Part shown: positions 12,630 through 26,132 of the stretch, piece after piece | How the letters are laid out: each line of letters starts with the position of its first letter | Numbering within the stretch: the stretch's first letter is position 1 | Source of the DNA: Octopus sinensis | Lineage: Eukaryota | Length of the DNA: 64,000 nt | NCBI RefSeq assembly: GCF_006345805.1 | Contig: NC_043008.1 | Location: forward strand, 64,170,001 to 64,234,000 | Reading direction: 5' to 3' | Translations under genes and position numbers: made by a program | The notes under the pieces: model-generated | Databases searched by the model: none | Told to the model about the DNA's origin: nothing | The model's input: only the letters and a program-made list of their open reading frames with translations

Positions 12630-12800
12630 GAGGTATGGATGTGTAGCTTAGAAGTTTGTTTCCCAACCATATGGTGTTGGGTTCAGACCTCACCACAAGC
12701 CACTTTGGGCAAGTGTCTTCCTCTATAGGTCTTAGATCATAAAAGACTTTTGAGTGGATGTCATTGATTGACAGAAATTAAAAGAAGCATGTTTTTCATA
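12630..12800 (+). mobile_element. SINE family A, diverged 5' half
   Basis: CCAACCATATGGTGTTGGGTTCAG..TTTGGGCAAGTGTCTTC. Confidence 0.7.
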
Positions 12801-12858
12801 TATATATATATATAAATATATGTATAAATTTAAGAGTTTTTGTGTGTGTGTATGTATG

Positions 12859-12889
<31 letters not shown>

Positions 12890-13013
12890 CACACACACAC
12901 ACACACACAATCTTTAGTGGAATGGTGAATCTTGAAGCGGATAAAGCTATCAATATTTTCACATAAATATTGAGCTAAAATACACAGGCGAGCATGCACA
13001 CACACACACACCC

Positions 13014-13113
13014 NNNNNNNNNNNNNNNNNNNNNNNNNNNNNNNNNNNNNNNNNNNNNNNNNNNNNNNNNNNNNNNNNNNNNNNNNNNNNNNNNNNNNNN
13101 NNNNNNNNNNNNN
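13014..13113. other. assembly gap (100 N)
   Basis: Run of N. Confidence 1.
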
Positions 13114-13750
13114 GGTTCAGTCCCACTGCATTGCACTTTGGGCAAGTACCTTCTAATATAGCCTCGGGCCGACCAAGGACTTGTGAGTGGATTTGGTAGA
13201 CGGAAACTGAAAGAAGCCCATCGTATATATGTACATATATATGTATGTGTGTGTATATGTTTGTGTGTCTGTGTTTGTCCCCACCAACATTGCTTGACAG
13301 CCGATGCTGGTGTGTTTACGTCCCCATAACTTACCGGTTCGGAAAAGGAGACCGATAGAATAAGTACTAGGCTTACAAAGAATAAACTCTGTGATCGATT
13401 TGCTCAACTAAAGGTGTTGCTCCAGTATGGCCACAGTTAAATGACTAAAACAAGTAAAGAGTATTGCTTCAGGCTGACCAAAACCATGTGAGTGGATTTG
13501 ATAGACAGAAACTGAAAGAAGCCCGTCATATATATATGTTTGTGTGTCTGTGTTTGGCCCCCTCAGCATCGCTTGACAACCAATGCTGGTGTGTTTACAT
13601 CTTCATAACTTAGCGGTTCGGCAAAGGAGTTCGATAGAATAAGTACTAGGCTTACAAAGAATAAGTCCTGGGGTCAATTTGTTCGACTAAAGGCGGTACT
13701 CCAGCATAGCTGCAATCAAATGACTGAAACAAGTAAAAGAGTAAAGAGAA
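13114..13750 (+). mobile_element. two tandem SINE family A copies
   Basis: 13114-13461 and a 5'-truncated copy at 13465-13750, both ending ..ACAAGTAAA(A)GAG. Confidence 0.85.
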
Positions 13751-13945
13751 TATATGGTACAGACAGGAAACGATGTGTTTTATAATAAATTATCAAATGC
13801 AACACTGTTAATAAAGCTATAAGTAAATAATAGATATATAAATCCAGCACATAGGTTCAAAAGGATTACTGAAATGTTGTGTTGGTTTTCAATGTGTTTC
13901 ATCAGTATTACAATCAGAGTAACTGTTATAACTGAGATGATATTA

Positions 13946-14162
13946 TGAGGCAGTGCTGAAAAGTTCCTGGCTTAGAGGGTATCACGAAGGGCTTGGTTGG
14001 AGACCCAATGATCTGAGTTCTTTCACAGGGCTTAGAAAAACTGAAGGACTGTTGCAATAATTGTGTGAATCTGAGAGGGGAATATGTTGAATAAAATCAC
14101 AATTAACTGATCCTGCAGTATTTTCTTCTGCCCATAGCCAGGAACTTTTCAGCAACCCCTTG
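13946..14162 (+). mobile_element. mariner-derived MITE with TIRs and TA target duplication
   Basis: TIRs GAGGCAGTGCTGAAAAGTTCCTGGCT / AGCCAGGAACTTTTCAGCAACCCCT; TA on both sides; internal remnant KLKDCCNNCVNLRGEYVE* matches the mariner transposase C-terminus. Confidence 0.85.
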
Positions 14163-14454
14163 TAGTTAAGCATGATGTATTGGTTTAACAAACTGAAGTT
14201 AAGAAAATAGGCTAAAATATTGAAGAACTGTCTCAGTAATGGATATTTAATGTAAGAGATGATTACCGTGACATGGCTCACTAATCTAGAAGAGTGATTT
14301 ATTGTTGGGTAGGATAAGTGGACAATATACAGATATTTCAATAGTACTTAGATTATGGATGGGAAAATTAGGGATCAAAGGTAAGATAATTCCAGATTAT
14401 GATGCATGGAAATGTTTAGCTGATGATAAAATGAGTGGATAAGAGACAAAACAA

Positions 14455-15130
14455 ATATTGTTTTCAAATATTGGCACAAGGTCAAGAATTTCAGGAAAGG
14501 GATTCGGTTGATTAAATCAACCCCAGTCTTTGACTAGTACTGATTTTATCGGCCCTAAAAGGATAAAAGGTAATGCCAACCTTGATGGAATTTGAACTCA
14601 GAACATAAAGATGATGAAATGCTGCTAAGCAATTTGCCTGGCATGCTAATGATTCTGCCAGCTAGTCAACTTTTCAAATTTTGGCATAAGGCCTGCAGTT
14701 TAAGGGCCGGGGATAAGTCGATCACCTCAACATCAATCCTCAATTGGTAGCTATATATATATAGGCGGTGAGCTGGCAGAAACGTAAGCACACCGGGCGA
14801 AATGCTTAGTGATATTTCGTCTGCCGCTACTTTCTGAGTTCAAATTCTGCCAAGGTCGACTTTGCCTTTCATCCTTTCAGGGTCGATTAAATACCAGTTA
14901 CGCACTGGGGTCGATATAATCGACTTAATCCATTTGTCTGTCCTTGTTTGTTCCCTCTGTGTGTAGCCCCTTGTGGGCAGTAAAGAAATAGGTAGCTATA
15001 TTACCGACCCTGAAAGGATGAAAGGTAAGCTCAACGTCAGTAGAATTTGAACTCAGAACATAATGACACTCGAAATGCCACTAAGCAATTGATTTGGCAT
15101 GCCAACAATCCTGTCTGCTTGCCACCTTTA
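14455..15130. mobile_element. cluster of family B SINEs; a young + copy (14763-14990) nested in a - copy
   Basis: Meta-like cores on both strands; GGTAGCTATAT duplicated at 14746-14756 and 14991-15001. Confidence 0.8.
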
Positions 15131-15777
15131 GTCAAAACAAATATTGACAACCATATTGCTTTCAAAAATACACATCAAAATTCTATAGATTTAAGTGTTA
15201 AAAAAATGTTAGGTTTTCTAGAGTTAATTTAAATTTATATTAGACCAGCTTACTATAATCTTGCTCTTTTCTTTCTGAAGTTGTTAAGTCAATCATTAGA
15301 GAGAACAAATTTTAGCTGTGTTAGAATATAGCTGTTACTGCTTATAATACTTAGAGAACAAACCTGTGAAATAAACCAAGTGTACTGGTACGAACACATC
15401 ACACATAATAAGAAATTCTCCTTTCAGTTAAATTGTTGTAGATACTGCTTTGAATATTGTTGTTTATATCTTGAAAACAGCAAACTCTCTATTAAATTGC
15501 TTTTATATATACTAATGATATGGTGCCTGAAACTAATCAAGAATTGTCTTCGTTTTGGAGAAATGCTGCTAAGAAATACTAGCAATGTTATGTATCAGGA
15601 GAAGCAAAATACTCTACTGCCTCAGTGATGAATATTATTCTAACCATTCTAACAAGTATGGGAGAGAATTCTGGGCATGTTCTGTTCATATCAGCTGTCA
15701 TCAGCATAGCATTGACATCACAACACTAGCTGTAGCTGTGATTACAGAATCACTATATGCTAATGAATGTGTGTGTA

Positions 15778-15986
15778 CAGGATGCATGAGAAAGGCTGTC
15801 CTGATTTCAAAGGTTAATAAAAAACAAACACATAAGGATGCATGAAGTTCATTAAATGCCATTTTTTTTCTGTTTCAGGTGGTACCCACCGTGGCCTAGG
15901 GTGGAGAGCATCTTTTTTACTTGTATCTTTATGTGTTTGTCTTTTATTAACCTTTGAAATCGGAGTAACCTTTCTGCCGCACCCTG
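15778..15986. mobile_element. Tc1/mariner-type MITE with ~65-bp TIRs
   Basis: TA|CAGGATGC..GATTTCAAAGGTTAATAAAAAACAAACACATAA pairs with TTATGTGTTTGTCTTTTATTAACCTTTGAAATC..GCACCCTG. Confidence 0.75.
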
Positions 15987-16393
15987 TGTATACACACATA
16001 CACACATTTCTATCTCCTTATGCCTAAAGATATATATATATATATATATATATATATGGAGGTGGTGCTCCAGCATGGTGGCAGTCGGGTGGCTGAAACA
16101 AGTAAAAGAATATATATATGCATACAGAGAAAGAGAGAAACAGAGTGTGAAAGATACAGACTCATGTATATGAATATATACATACACCTGTATGCGTACA
16201 TAGTTATATACATATATATATATTTGAAAACTGCAACAATGCAAGGAAGTGCGTTGTGACCAGTTGTGTAAAATAACATCTAATAGTGTGGTTGGTTGAA
16301 AATGATGTATATATGTGCATGTGAATACATACATACATATACATATGCATACATATATATTTATATATATACATACATATATATATACATATA

Positions 16394-16797
16394 CTCTTTT
16401 ACTTGTTTCAGTCATTTGACTGTGGCCATGCTGAAGCACCGCCTTTAGTCAAGCAAATCGACCCCAAGACTTATTCTTTGTAAGCCTAGTACTTATTCTA
16501 TCGATCTTTTTTGCCAAATTGCTAAGTTACGGGGACGTAAACACACCAGCATCGGTTGTCAAGCGATGTTGGGAGGACAAACACAGACACACAAACATAC
16601 ACATGCACACATATATGTATATATACATATATACGATGGGCTTCCTTCAGTTTCCATCCACCAAATCCACTCACAAGGCTTTGGTTAGCCCAATGCTAGA
16701 GTAGAAGAAACTTGCTTAAGGTGTTATACAGTGGGACTGAACCTGAACCATGTGGTTGGTAAGCAAGCTACTTACCTCACAGCTACTCTTATGCCTA
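16394..16797 (-). mobile_element. SINE family A, full length
   Basis: Head, CORE-like box, internal microsatellite and tail all present. Confidence 0.9.
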
Positions 16798-17471
16798 TAT
16801 ATATACTATTATATATATAGTATATATTTAAACATATGCATACTTATATATTTATACATATATATATACATACATATACTATTGTACAGGGTTAGATGAA
16901 AGAAATTTGGCATTTATGAAAATATAAATAACTGGGTCAGTTTACACAGGGATGCTGGTCACATGAAAAACAATAGATAAAATAGAGTCAAATGTATTAT
17001 GCATCATGAATTTACTTAAAAATTGTTATACAGTAAATGAGTTCAGAAGAATATTTAAATGTGGCATATCAACTAGTAGTTAGCATGACTGAGTGGTACC
17101 TGGTGTCTTTGAGGAAAGAACCTGTCTAGAAATCTCATTGCAAGAGCATTTCTGAAATGAGATGATTCAAGAATGCAGTTGGGTGTATGGCATAACCACA
17201 GATTGCTGAAAGCAAATGTTCTGCAAGATTCTACATGTTACAAAATTCATAGACAACAAGTGTACCCATCAGGTTGCCGAGTGTTGTCCAAGGAATCAGG
17301 AAAGGTTATGCAGAAGAATCTGTGATGATGGCAAAGTGATTTAGTTAAAACGTTTTGGCAAATATAGAAAAAAATGACATAAATAAGAAAGAATTGGAAA
17401 AATATTGTGACTAATGGTGTGTAACAATATCCAATAGTCTAGATGATACAGCCAATACAGGATATATATAC

Positions 17472-17542
<71 letters not shown>

Positions 17543-17617
17543 CATACATACATACATACATACATACATACATACATACATACATGCATGCATGCATGCA
17601 TACATATATATATATAT

Positions 17618-18024
17618 AGGTGTAGGAGTGGCTGTGTGGTAAGTAGCTTGTTTACGAACCACATGGTTCTGGGTTCAGTCCCACTGTGTAGCACCTTAGG
17701 CAAGTGTCTTCTACTATAGCTTCGGGTTGACCAAAGCCTTGTGAGTGGATTTAGTAGATGGAAACTGAAAGAAGCCATTCGTATATATGTATATATATGT
17801 GTGTGTATGTTTCTGTGTCTGTGTTAGTCCCCCCCAACATTGCTTGACAACTGATGCTGGTGTGTTTACGTCACTGTAACTTAGCGGTTTGGCAAAAGAA
17901 ACCGATAGAATAAGTACTAGGCTTACAAAGAATAAGTCCTGGAGTCGATTTGGTGGACTAAAGGCAGTGCTCCAGCATGGCGGCAGTCAAATGATTGAAA
18001 GAAGTAAAAGCGAATAAAAGAGAG
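17618..18024 (+). mobile_element. SINE family A, full length
   Basis: AGGTGTAGGAGTGGCTGTGTGGTAAGTAGCTTG..GTAAAAGCGAATAAAAGAGAG. Confidence 0.9.
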
Positions 18025-18052
18025 TATACACACACACACGCATGCACGCATG

Positions 18053-18120
<68 letters not shown>

Positions 18121-18699
18121 TATACACGCACACATATTTCACATAAATATATAGATATTCATAGACATGTATATGCTGCTAGAGCAACATAGATTTAAAA
18201 AATGGTTTCTATACAGTGAATAAAGAATTGCTTTGAAAAATATTAGTTGAGGGGTTAGACGAAAAAAATTTATTTTCAGTGAAGAACCTGGGACATCAGA
18301 TAATGAGATAGTATACGATCGAAGGAATTAAGATACATCATGAAAGATAAGAGAAAAAAACAATGCATACAACATCAGCTACCATGTAAAAAGTTACTAT
18401 TGCAGTGGGTAAAATAATAATGGTGGTGATTAAGAATATCTCAAGCAATAAAAAGAGGAAAATTATTGCTAAATATTTTACATTTTTTCTTTCATCATTT
18501 TCGAATTCGCAATTAATTCAATTAACATACGCTATGGTTAGTCAAAAATATGGATTTGTGCATTATTATTAACTGAGGAATTATTTTCAGCGACATCTCT
18601 CAATTAACTTGATAATTTTTATAGTCACATAATAAATAACAAGATTTAAATATTTCCCTTTTTTTTATTACAAAAACGATTTCTAATGATGGTTTAAAT

Positions 18700-19185
18700 A
18701 CATGCATACACACACACATATATATGCATTCATGTATATATAAATATATATATATATGTACACACACACACATGAAAACATGCATATATATACATATATA
18801 TATACATATATACATATATTCATGAATATATATATATTTATTTATATACATATACATATACACACACATATATATATATATATATACAAATATATATATA
18901 TATATAGATATATATATATATACATTTGTGTATGTGTGTGGGTATATATATATATATATCATGTATTTATGTAAATATATATATCAGTATTTGTATACAT
19001 ATAGATAAATAAATATAAATATATATATATATACACACGTGCCATACCAATATATTTATGTATTTAAATGCACATTTTACTTATGTATATATATATGTTT
19101 ATATATATATGCATGTATATATATATATGTATCTATATATATATGTATGTATGTTCATATATATATTTATATATATTCATATGTA
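18700..19185. repeat. compound (TA)n/(CATA)n microsatellite
   Basis: Direct reading. Confidence 0.9.
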
Positions 19186-19813
19186 CCAAACGTTTTTTAC
19201 AAGCACTCTGAATCAGTACGATCAGTGCAAATGGCTCTTTCTCATTAACCACAAAACCTCTTCAAAAAGCCATTAAGGATATATTATAGACGTATATAAA
19301 GCTGCATGACGCCAACACTGTTATGCTTTCTTTATATCTCTAGCATGTAGCTATAGATTCTCAAGTTGCCTCCTGTACCTGATACTTTCTGTAGATTATA
19401 TCTCAAACAAATACAGTTTGTTAAATGGTCCTGGAATCCAAATACAAACGCACACAGATACACATACAACATGCACATACATACATGCACACAATGCTCA
19501 CACATAGACACATTTATAAATGCATGTATTTGGCTTTGTTTTTACCAGTGTGAAAGCTATCAATATGTTTTTCAGCTCAGAGTGTTTACTGAATGATTAT
19601 TATACTTACTTTTGTTGCTAATGCTGGTGTTGTTGTTATTTTTATTTTGCAATTAATATACGATGGTTTGCATCTTGAATCACATATAAATAGATGCTTA
19701 AAAATATGCAGAGCTTGTAAAAGAAGCTGCAAAAGTAATGATGATGATGATGATGATGATGTTGATTGTATATACAGCTCTCTTTCACCTTATATCTATC
19801 TATCTATCTATCC

Positions 19814-19845
<32 letters not shown>

Positions 19846-19852
19846 GTCTGCC

Positions 19853-19902
<50 letters not shown>

Positions 19903-19990
19903 TCTATCTATGCATACATATATATATATATATTTATATATTTATTTTTATATAAATAACTATGTATGTATTTGTATATATATAGAGAGA

Positions 19991-20429
19991 GGTGCAAGAG
20001 TGGCTGTGTGGTAAGCAGCTTGCTTACAAACCACATGGTTCCGGGTTCAGTCCCACTGCATGGTACCTTGGGCAAGTGTCTTCTAGTATAGCCTCGGGTT
20101 GACCAAAACCTTGTGAGTGGATTTGGTAGATGGAAACTGAAAGAAGCCCATCGTATATATGTATTTATATATATGTATGTGTATGTATTTGTGTGTGTAT
20201 ATGTTTGTGTCTCTGTGTTTGTCTCCCCCACCCCAATATCGCTTGACAACCAATACTGGTGTGTTTACATCCCCATAACTTAGTGGTTTGGCAAAAGAAA
20301 CCGATAGAATAAGTACTAGGCTTACAATGAATAAGTCCAGGGGTCGATTGGCTTGACTAAAGGCGGTTTTCCAGCATGGCCACAGACAAATGACTGAAAC
20401 AAGTAAAAAAGTAAAAGAGTAAAAGAGAG
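19991..20429 (+). mobile_element. SINE family A, full length
   Basis: Same structure as the other family A copies. Confidence 0.9.
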
Positions 20430-20454
20430 TATATATATATATATATATATATAA

Positions 20455-20843
20455 TAATAAGAGTAAATAATTTCTATAAAGGCTTTTAAAAAAAACCCAA
20501 TTATTTACTGGTAGAATTCGGTATGTAAATATAGCCGATTACCGGCAGGAACTTCTGTAAAGTTCAGTATATATATTGTATATAAGAAAAAGGGACAGGC
20601 AACAGGTTGCTTGACAGCATCAAAAATATATATCAAAAATATATATTCAATATATATTCAATATGTTTATAATCCAGAAACATGATGTTCACAGATAACC
20701 ACCAGACTTCGTTTTCGTTATCTATTCCTTCTGTTTTGCATATGTGAATTACAGGGTTTGTCGTGCCTGGAGTCCAACTTTGATAGAAATAAGCATTCTT
20801 GACTGCTATTTCTATTTTTCGGTATGCGGTCAAGCAACCTGTT

Positions 20844-20850
<7 letters not shown>
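20455..20850. mobile_element. TA-inserted element with internal inverted repeat (probable Penelope-like derivative)
   Basis: AACAGGTTGCTTGAC (20601-20615) pairs with GTCAAGCAACCTGTT (20829-20843); (TA)n on both sides; no HHR core found. Confidence 0.45.
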
Positions 20851-20892
<42 letters not shown>

Positions 20893-21010
20893 CTACACAC
20901 ACACACACATTTTGCTTAAGCATGCATACATTTTGCATACTTTTTTCTATCCTGGAATAGAACTTTCCATATCCATCAACTTTCCCAAATAAAGTGCACC
21001 TCATATTCAA

Positions 21011-21091
21011 GTCTCTGATGAAGCTATAGGATGTTATCCTGATACTCAACTAAGAGCTCACCTCATCCTATAGCAGAAATGGCTGTAAGCT
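21011..21091 (+). ncRNA. minimal type I hammerhead ribozyme
   Basis: CTGATGA-A-GCTATAGGATG..CATCCTATAGC-A-GAAA-TGGCTG-TA-AGCT: 11-bp perfect stem II, intact core, weakened stems I and III. Confidence 0.7.
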
Positions 21092-21138
21092 AATGGAGTT
21101 CAGTACATAACATTTGGTTTTTTCTGGTGTCATCTCTT

Positions 21139-21178
<40 letters not shown>

Positions 21179-21249
21179 TTATACATACATATATACACAT
21201 ACACAAACACACACACACACATATATATATACATATATACACATATATT

Positions 21250-21550
21250 GTGGAGGCACATGGCCTAGTGGTTAGGGCAGTGGACCGGTAGTCGAGAGAT
21301 CACGGGTTTGAATCTCAGACCGGGTGATGTGTCTGTTTATGAATGAAACACCTAAACTCCATAAGGCTCCGACAAAAGGTAATGGTGAACTTCTGTTGAC
21401 TCTTTCGCCACAACTTTCTCTCACTCTTTCTCCTGCATCTTGCAGCTCACCTGCGATGGACTGGTGTCCTATCCAGGTGGTGAACCTATATGCCAAGGAA
21501 ATGAGAAACCGGCCCTTATGAGCCAGGCATGGCTCGAGAAGGAACAAACA
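21250..21550 (+). mobile_element. SINE family C, tail type 1
   Basis: GTGGAGGCACATGGCCTAGTGGTTAGGGC head; tail CCTGCGATGGACTGGTGTCCTATCCAGG..GAAGGAACAAAC. Confidence 0.85.
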
Positions 21551-21675
21551 TATATATATATATGTACACACACATTTTGCTTAGGCATGCATAGATCTTG
21601 CATACTTTTTTCTATCCTGGAATAGAACTTTCCATATCCATCAACTTTCCCAAATAAAGTGCACCTCATATTCAA

Positions 21676-21756
21676 GGCTCTGATGTAGCTATAGGATGTT
21701 ATCCTGATACTCAACTAAGAGCTCACCTCATCCTATAGTAGAAATGGCTGTAAGCT
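21676..21756 (+). ncRNA. hammerhead ribozyme copy with core mutation
   Basis: GGCT-CTGATGT(A9>T)..GAAA-TGGCTG-TA-AGCT; stem I GGCT/AGCT. Confidence 0.55.
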
Positions 21757-21810
21757 AATGGAGTTCAGTACATAACATTTGGTTTTTCTGGTGTCATCTC
21801 TTTGTTTTAT

Positions 21811-21843
<33 letters not shown>

Positions 21844-22407
21844 GCTGAAAGTAATGTCATACTTTTTCTCCCTCTCTGTTTATAAACTTGATACCGTTGT
21901 AGTTGTTTAAGATTAGAAAAAATAACATTTCTATAATAAAGGAATATTTAAGTTTATTTTATTCCAATGTTCATCACTAGATTCATGCTTGTCATTTTTA
22001 ACTGATCCATTCAAAGTTCATAGTTTTGTTTGAATTGAATTAAATGCTGATTAAAATGTTTGTATGCATCCTAGATAGCCTGTATTTCTGACTTTCAATA
22101 CTCTATCACCCGTCACTATGCCATGCAATATTTCATTGTCTGAAGCACAATCAGTTTTTGAATGAATTATTTTGGTTGCAGTTATGTCCACAGTATAAAC
22201 AGGCAAATCAGAAAGAGCTGGAACATAATTATGGATCTCTTTGGACTCATGGATGTCTGGGTCCCTTTGTTGTTTGTTTAGCATTAACTCTAAGCTATGA
22301 TTAAACAAACTTGCTCATGATCAAAGGCATTCCATTTGTGAACATCCTTTTGCTTTTCCATTTCTTTTTCCTAGTCATAGTTCAATTAAGAGAACATTAT
22401 CTAATGT

Positions 22408-23197
22408 CTTCTTGTTTTCTAAGAGAATATTGATATGAAGATGATTTGGCTGCTATATCTATCACTTGAAAGACCGGGTAAAGGCATCCAGATAGACAGG
22501 GGCCTTTGGAAGTTTAATGTAGTCGGTATTGATAGTGTGACTTCTTGTTTTCTGAGAGAATATTATTTGATATGAAGATGATTTAGCTGCTATATCTAGC
22601 ACTTGAAAGACCGGGTAAAGGCATCCAGATAGGCAGGGGCCTTTGGAAGTTTAATGTAGTCGGTATTGATAGTGTGACTTCTTGTTTTCTGAGAGAATAT
22701 TATTTGATATGAAGATGATTTAGCTGCTATATCTAGCACTTGAAAGACCGGGTAAAGGCATCCAGATAGGCAGGGGCCTTTGGAAGTTTAATGTAGTAGG
22801 TATTGATAGTGTGACTTCTTGTTTTCTAAGAGAATATTATTTGATATGAAGATGATTTAGCTGCTATATCTAGCACTTGAAAAACCTTGTAAAGGCATCC
22901 AGATAGACAGGGCATTTGGAAGTTTAACGTAGTAGGTATTGATAGTGTGACTTCTTGTTTTCTAAGAGAATATTATTTGATATGAAGATGGTTTAGCTGC
23001 TATATCTAGCACTTGAAACAGGGGCATTTGGAAGTTTAATGTAGTAGGTATTGATATTGTGACTTCTTGTTTTCTAAAAGAATATTATTTGATATGAAGA
23101 TGATTTAGCTGCTATATCTAGCACTTGGAAGACCTTGTAAAGGCATCCAGAGAGACAGGGGCATTTGGAAGTTTAACGTAGTAGGTATTGATAGTGT
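22408..23197. repeat. tandem repeat, about 6 copies of a 137-bp unit
   Basis: GATA(G/T)TGT recurs at 22531, 22668, 22805, 22941, 23053 and 23190 (spacings 137, 137, 136, 112, 137). Confidence 0.95.
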
Positions 23198-23367
23198 ATA
23201 GAATGTTGCTGTTGTTGTTGTGTAGTTCTTTCAATGTACGTTTTCATGTTTGTTCACAATAGGTGAAAGTAATAGCATTTTTAGAATAATGCTGGAGTAT
23301 TATCCTTTTGTTGTAATTGTAGAATACAAGATGTTTCTGGGTATTTGGGTATATAGATATTGGGGAT

Positions 23368-23423
23368 TTAATGGTCTGGAATGTTTCTGACAGTATTCTT
23401 CATTTTTGCCAATACATCAACAG
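23368..23423 (-). CDS. candidate terminal coding exon (phase 1): (A)VDVLAKMKNTVRNIPDH*
   Basis: Acceptor GTTTACTTTGACTTTTAG; phase-1 frame is the longest open one; unique UTR-like sequence follows. Gene unidentified. Confidence 0.35.
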
Positions 23424-24049
23424 CTAAAAGTCAAAGTAAACGCAACTTAATCTATGATGACCATTGTACCTAATAAATATTGATTCAGTCTTGTTGCACT
23501 GCATCTTCTCTAAATTCTCTGTGTTGTTTTTCAACTGTTTGTGTGTGTGTTTTTTTTTTGCTGCTAGTTTTGTTATTGTTATTGTTATTTTTATTTCTTA
23601 TTTAATCAATATACACTAAATATTGTGCACATTCAGTCTCTTTTGGGACAATCCTATATGATAGTACACAGACTTGATAAGATAACATATCTTTTGTATT
23701 TTCTATCTTAACAAAATATAGAAGGAGAAAGTAGCTTAACTACTTTGCATAAGATTCTTTGAAAATTCCATACAAACTGATGCACAGAATAAATTCTAAA
23801 AACCTATTTAATGTCAGATGCAAACAAAACCAGATATCTTAAAATGTTGACAAGCTATTTCTTTATGCATGGTTTGTTTTATATATTCTTGTGTAAGATA
23901 TAAGATATATAGTGATATGAGTTGCGTACCAATATTTTCTTGAGAAAATATTTTGGAAACCAAGTTTAAAACTAAATTTTGTTCAGTCTTTATCTTCTCT
24001 CTTCGTATGTATGGTACGTGTATTTTTTACCTTGCTATATCTCTGTATC

Positions 24050-24145
24050 TAATGTATATATATACATACAGTACTTTATATATATATACACACACACACG
24101 CACATATCCATCCACTTATCTATATACCTATTCACACATGCATAC

Positions 24146-24211
<66 letters not shown>

Positions 24212-24212
24212 G

Positions 24213-24274
<62 letters not shown>

Positions 24275-24396
24275 TATATGTGTGTATGTGTATATATGTG
24301 TGAGTGTGTATATATATATATGTATATATGTATGTATATATGTGTGTATGTGTATATATATATGTGTGTGTGTATATATATGTATATGTATATATG

Positions 24397-24468
<72 letters not shown>

Positions 24469-24540
24469 ATGTATATATATGCATATATATATTATATATA
24501 TATGTATATATATATGTGTGTGTGTGAACGTGTGCATATA
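24050..24540. repeat. long compound (TA)n/(TATG)n/(TG)n microsatellite
   Basis: Direct reading. Confidence 0.95.
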
Positions 24541-25644
24541 CATGTCTCTGTGTAGTATGTAAATGTGTGAGCAGAGCATACTCAAACACAACACAGATGA
24601 ATGATAAAGTTTTAAACAGTATCATGAGATGAATCTATTGAAATGAATTATTTCAAGTACAGTTCTTCATACACAAACGTACACATGTTGAGATTAAGAA
24701 AATAATGCATGACTTAAAGATTTTTTTTTCCTCTTCAAAAAGTCTATTTTAAAAAATTTATTTATTTTTATTGTATATATATTTATTGCCATATTTTAAA
24801 ACAAAAATAAAATCTGGAAGAGTAAAGTGAACATTTTATTTGACATTATTTATATTTTTGAAATATTTGCAATGGATAGAATGAATACAACTGAAATATT
24901 GGGAATCACTGCCAAGAATAATTTATGCATTAATTTCAGCACTGGAAATTTCTTTAATTATTTTAATTAATTCAAACTTATATCGACTTACAAATAATTA
25001 AAACTTAAAAAATATACATCAGCTATTGAAAATTCTACCAATCTTTCTTTCTGTTCCCTCTGAACCATCAATAAACTAAATGACTCCAAAATTGACTTCA
25101 CTTTGCAGTCATATGACTAACTCCAATTTTAGTCTTTAGTTGATCCATGCTCATTTGGTTGAGTGATGCTGAGCCAAAACCTATTGTATATATATGTATA
25201 TTTTTTACCTGTATGTATCACCAAAGGATTTAACATCAGTGTAAAAGTAACCAAACAATTCAGTACTTTTTTTTAACCAAATCTCTAAGATATTTGTTTC
25301 ACTTGAATAACAGAGCAATATCTTGTTGCTTTTGTCATGATTGCTGTGAGCTGAGTTAGCCGTTTGGGATCTTTACCTTTTGACCTACAGATTTAAAAAA
25401 TAATTTTTTGTAACTAAACACTTTCAAACTTCGTATAGTGGTAGAATGTGTCATATAAAACACCTTTTACTCTTAGCATTTTGAGAAAAGTTTATGTCTA
25501 TAAAGTTATTTCATGTTGAAGTTCTCTTATTTCAGTAATTTTAACCAATCAATGACGTGTATTCAGCTGAATAAAATTACTGCCATTGTTTGTCAACAAC
25601 AACTATCGGTGGTGTATTTTTCAATTGTCACTGTTATTTATTAC

Positions 25645-25677
25645 AACCCTACTCTAAAACCCTAACCCTAACCCTAG
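25645..25677. repeat. short interstitial telomere-like (CCCTAA)n tract
   Basis: AACCCTACTCTAAAACCCTAACCCTAACCCTAG. Confidence 0.6.
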
Positions 25678-25811
25678 TGCGTTTTGTAAAGAGTAAGGAA
25701 AGAAAAGAAATTTTGTTATGAGAGGCTCTTACTGATTGGGTGAGGTAAATGTTTGGAAAGGCAGTTCATGTTACACTTTTCCACTTAGTGACCACCAATG
25801 TGAGTATATAC

Positions 25812-26082
25812 CTCACAAGGCTTTGGTCGGCCCGAAGCTATAGTAGAAGACACTTGCCCAAGGTGCCACACAGTGGGACTGAACCTGGAACCATGTGGTT
25901 GGTAAGCAAGCTACTTACCGCACAGCCACTCCTACGCCTACATTCAAATTCCACCAAGATCAACTTTACCTTTCATCCATTGAGGTTCCATAAAATGAGC
26001 ACCAGTTGAGCACTGAGGTCGATGTAATTGACTTAAGCCCACCTTGAAATTGCTGGCCTTGTGCCAAAATTTGAAACCAATA
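25812..26082. mobile_element. family A 5' fragment (-) adjoining a family B fragment (+)
   Basis: CTCACAAGGCTTTGG..CAGCCACTCCTACGCC then TTCAAATTCCACCAAGATCAACTTTACCTTTCATCC. Confidence 0.75.
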
Positions 26083-26132
26083 TTTCCATGCCATTTCCCT
26101 CCCAAAGTAGGGTTTCTCTTTTGTATGGCTAG

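Larger units (their letters stand above)
20904..21808 (+). repeat. ~240-bp direct repeat (20904-21144, 21569-21808), each copy with an HHR motif, separated by microsatellite and a family C SINE
   Basis: The two copies differ at only about 10 positions. Confidence 0.9.

Noticed and set aside
22051-22308. 85-aa minus-strand ORF with ordinary composition
   Set aside because: Starts inside a repeat, with no good acceptor and no recognisable domain
22408-23197. Regularly spaced array as a possible CRISPR
   Set aside because: Whole units repeat with no unique spacers; eukaryotic context and no cas genes
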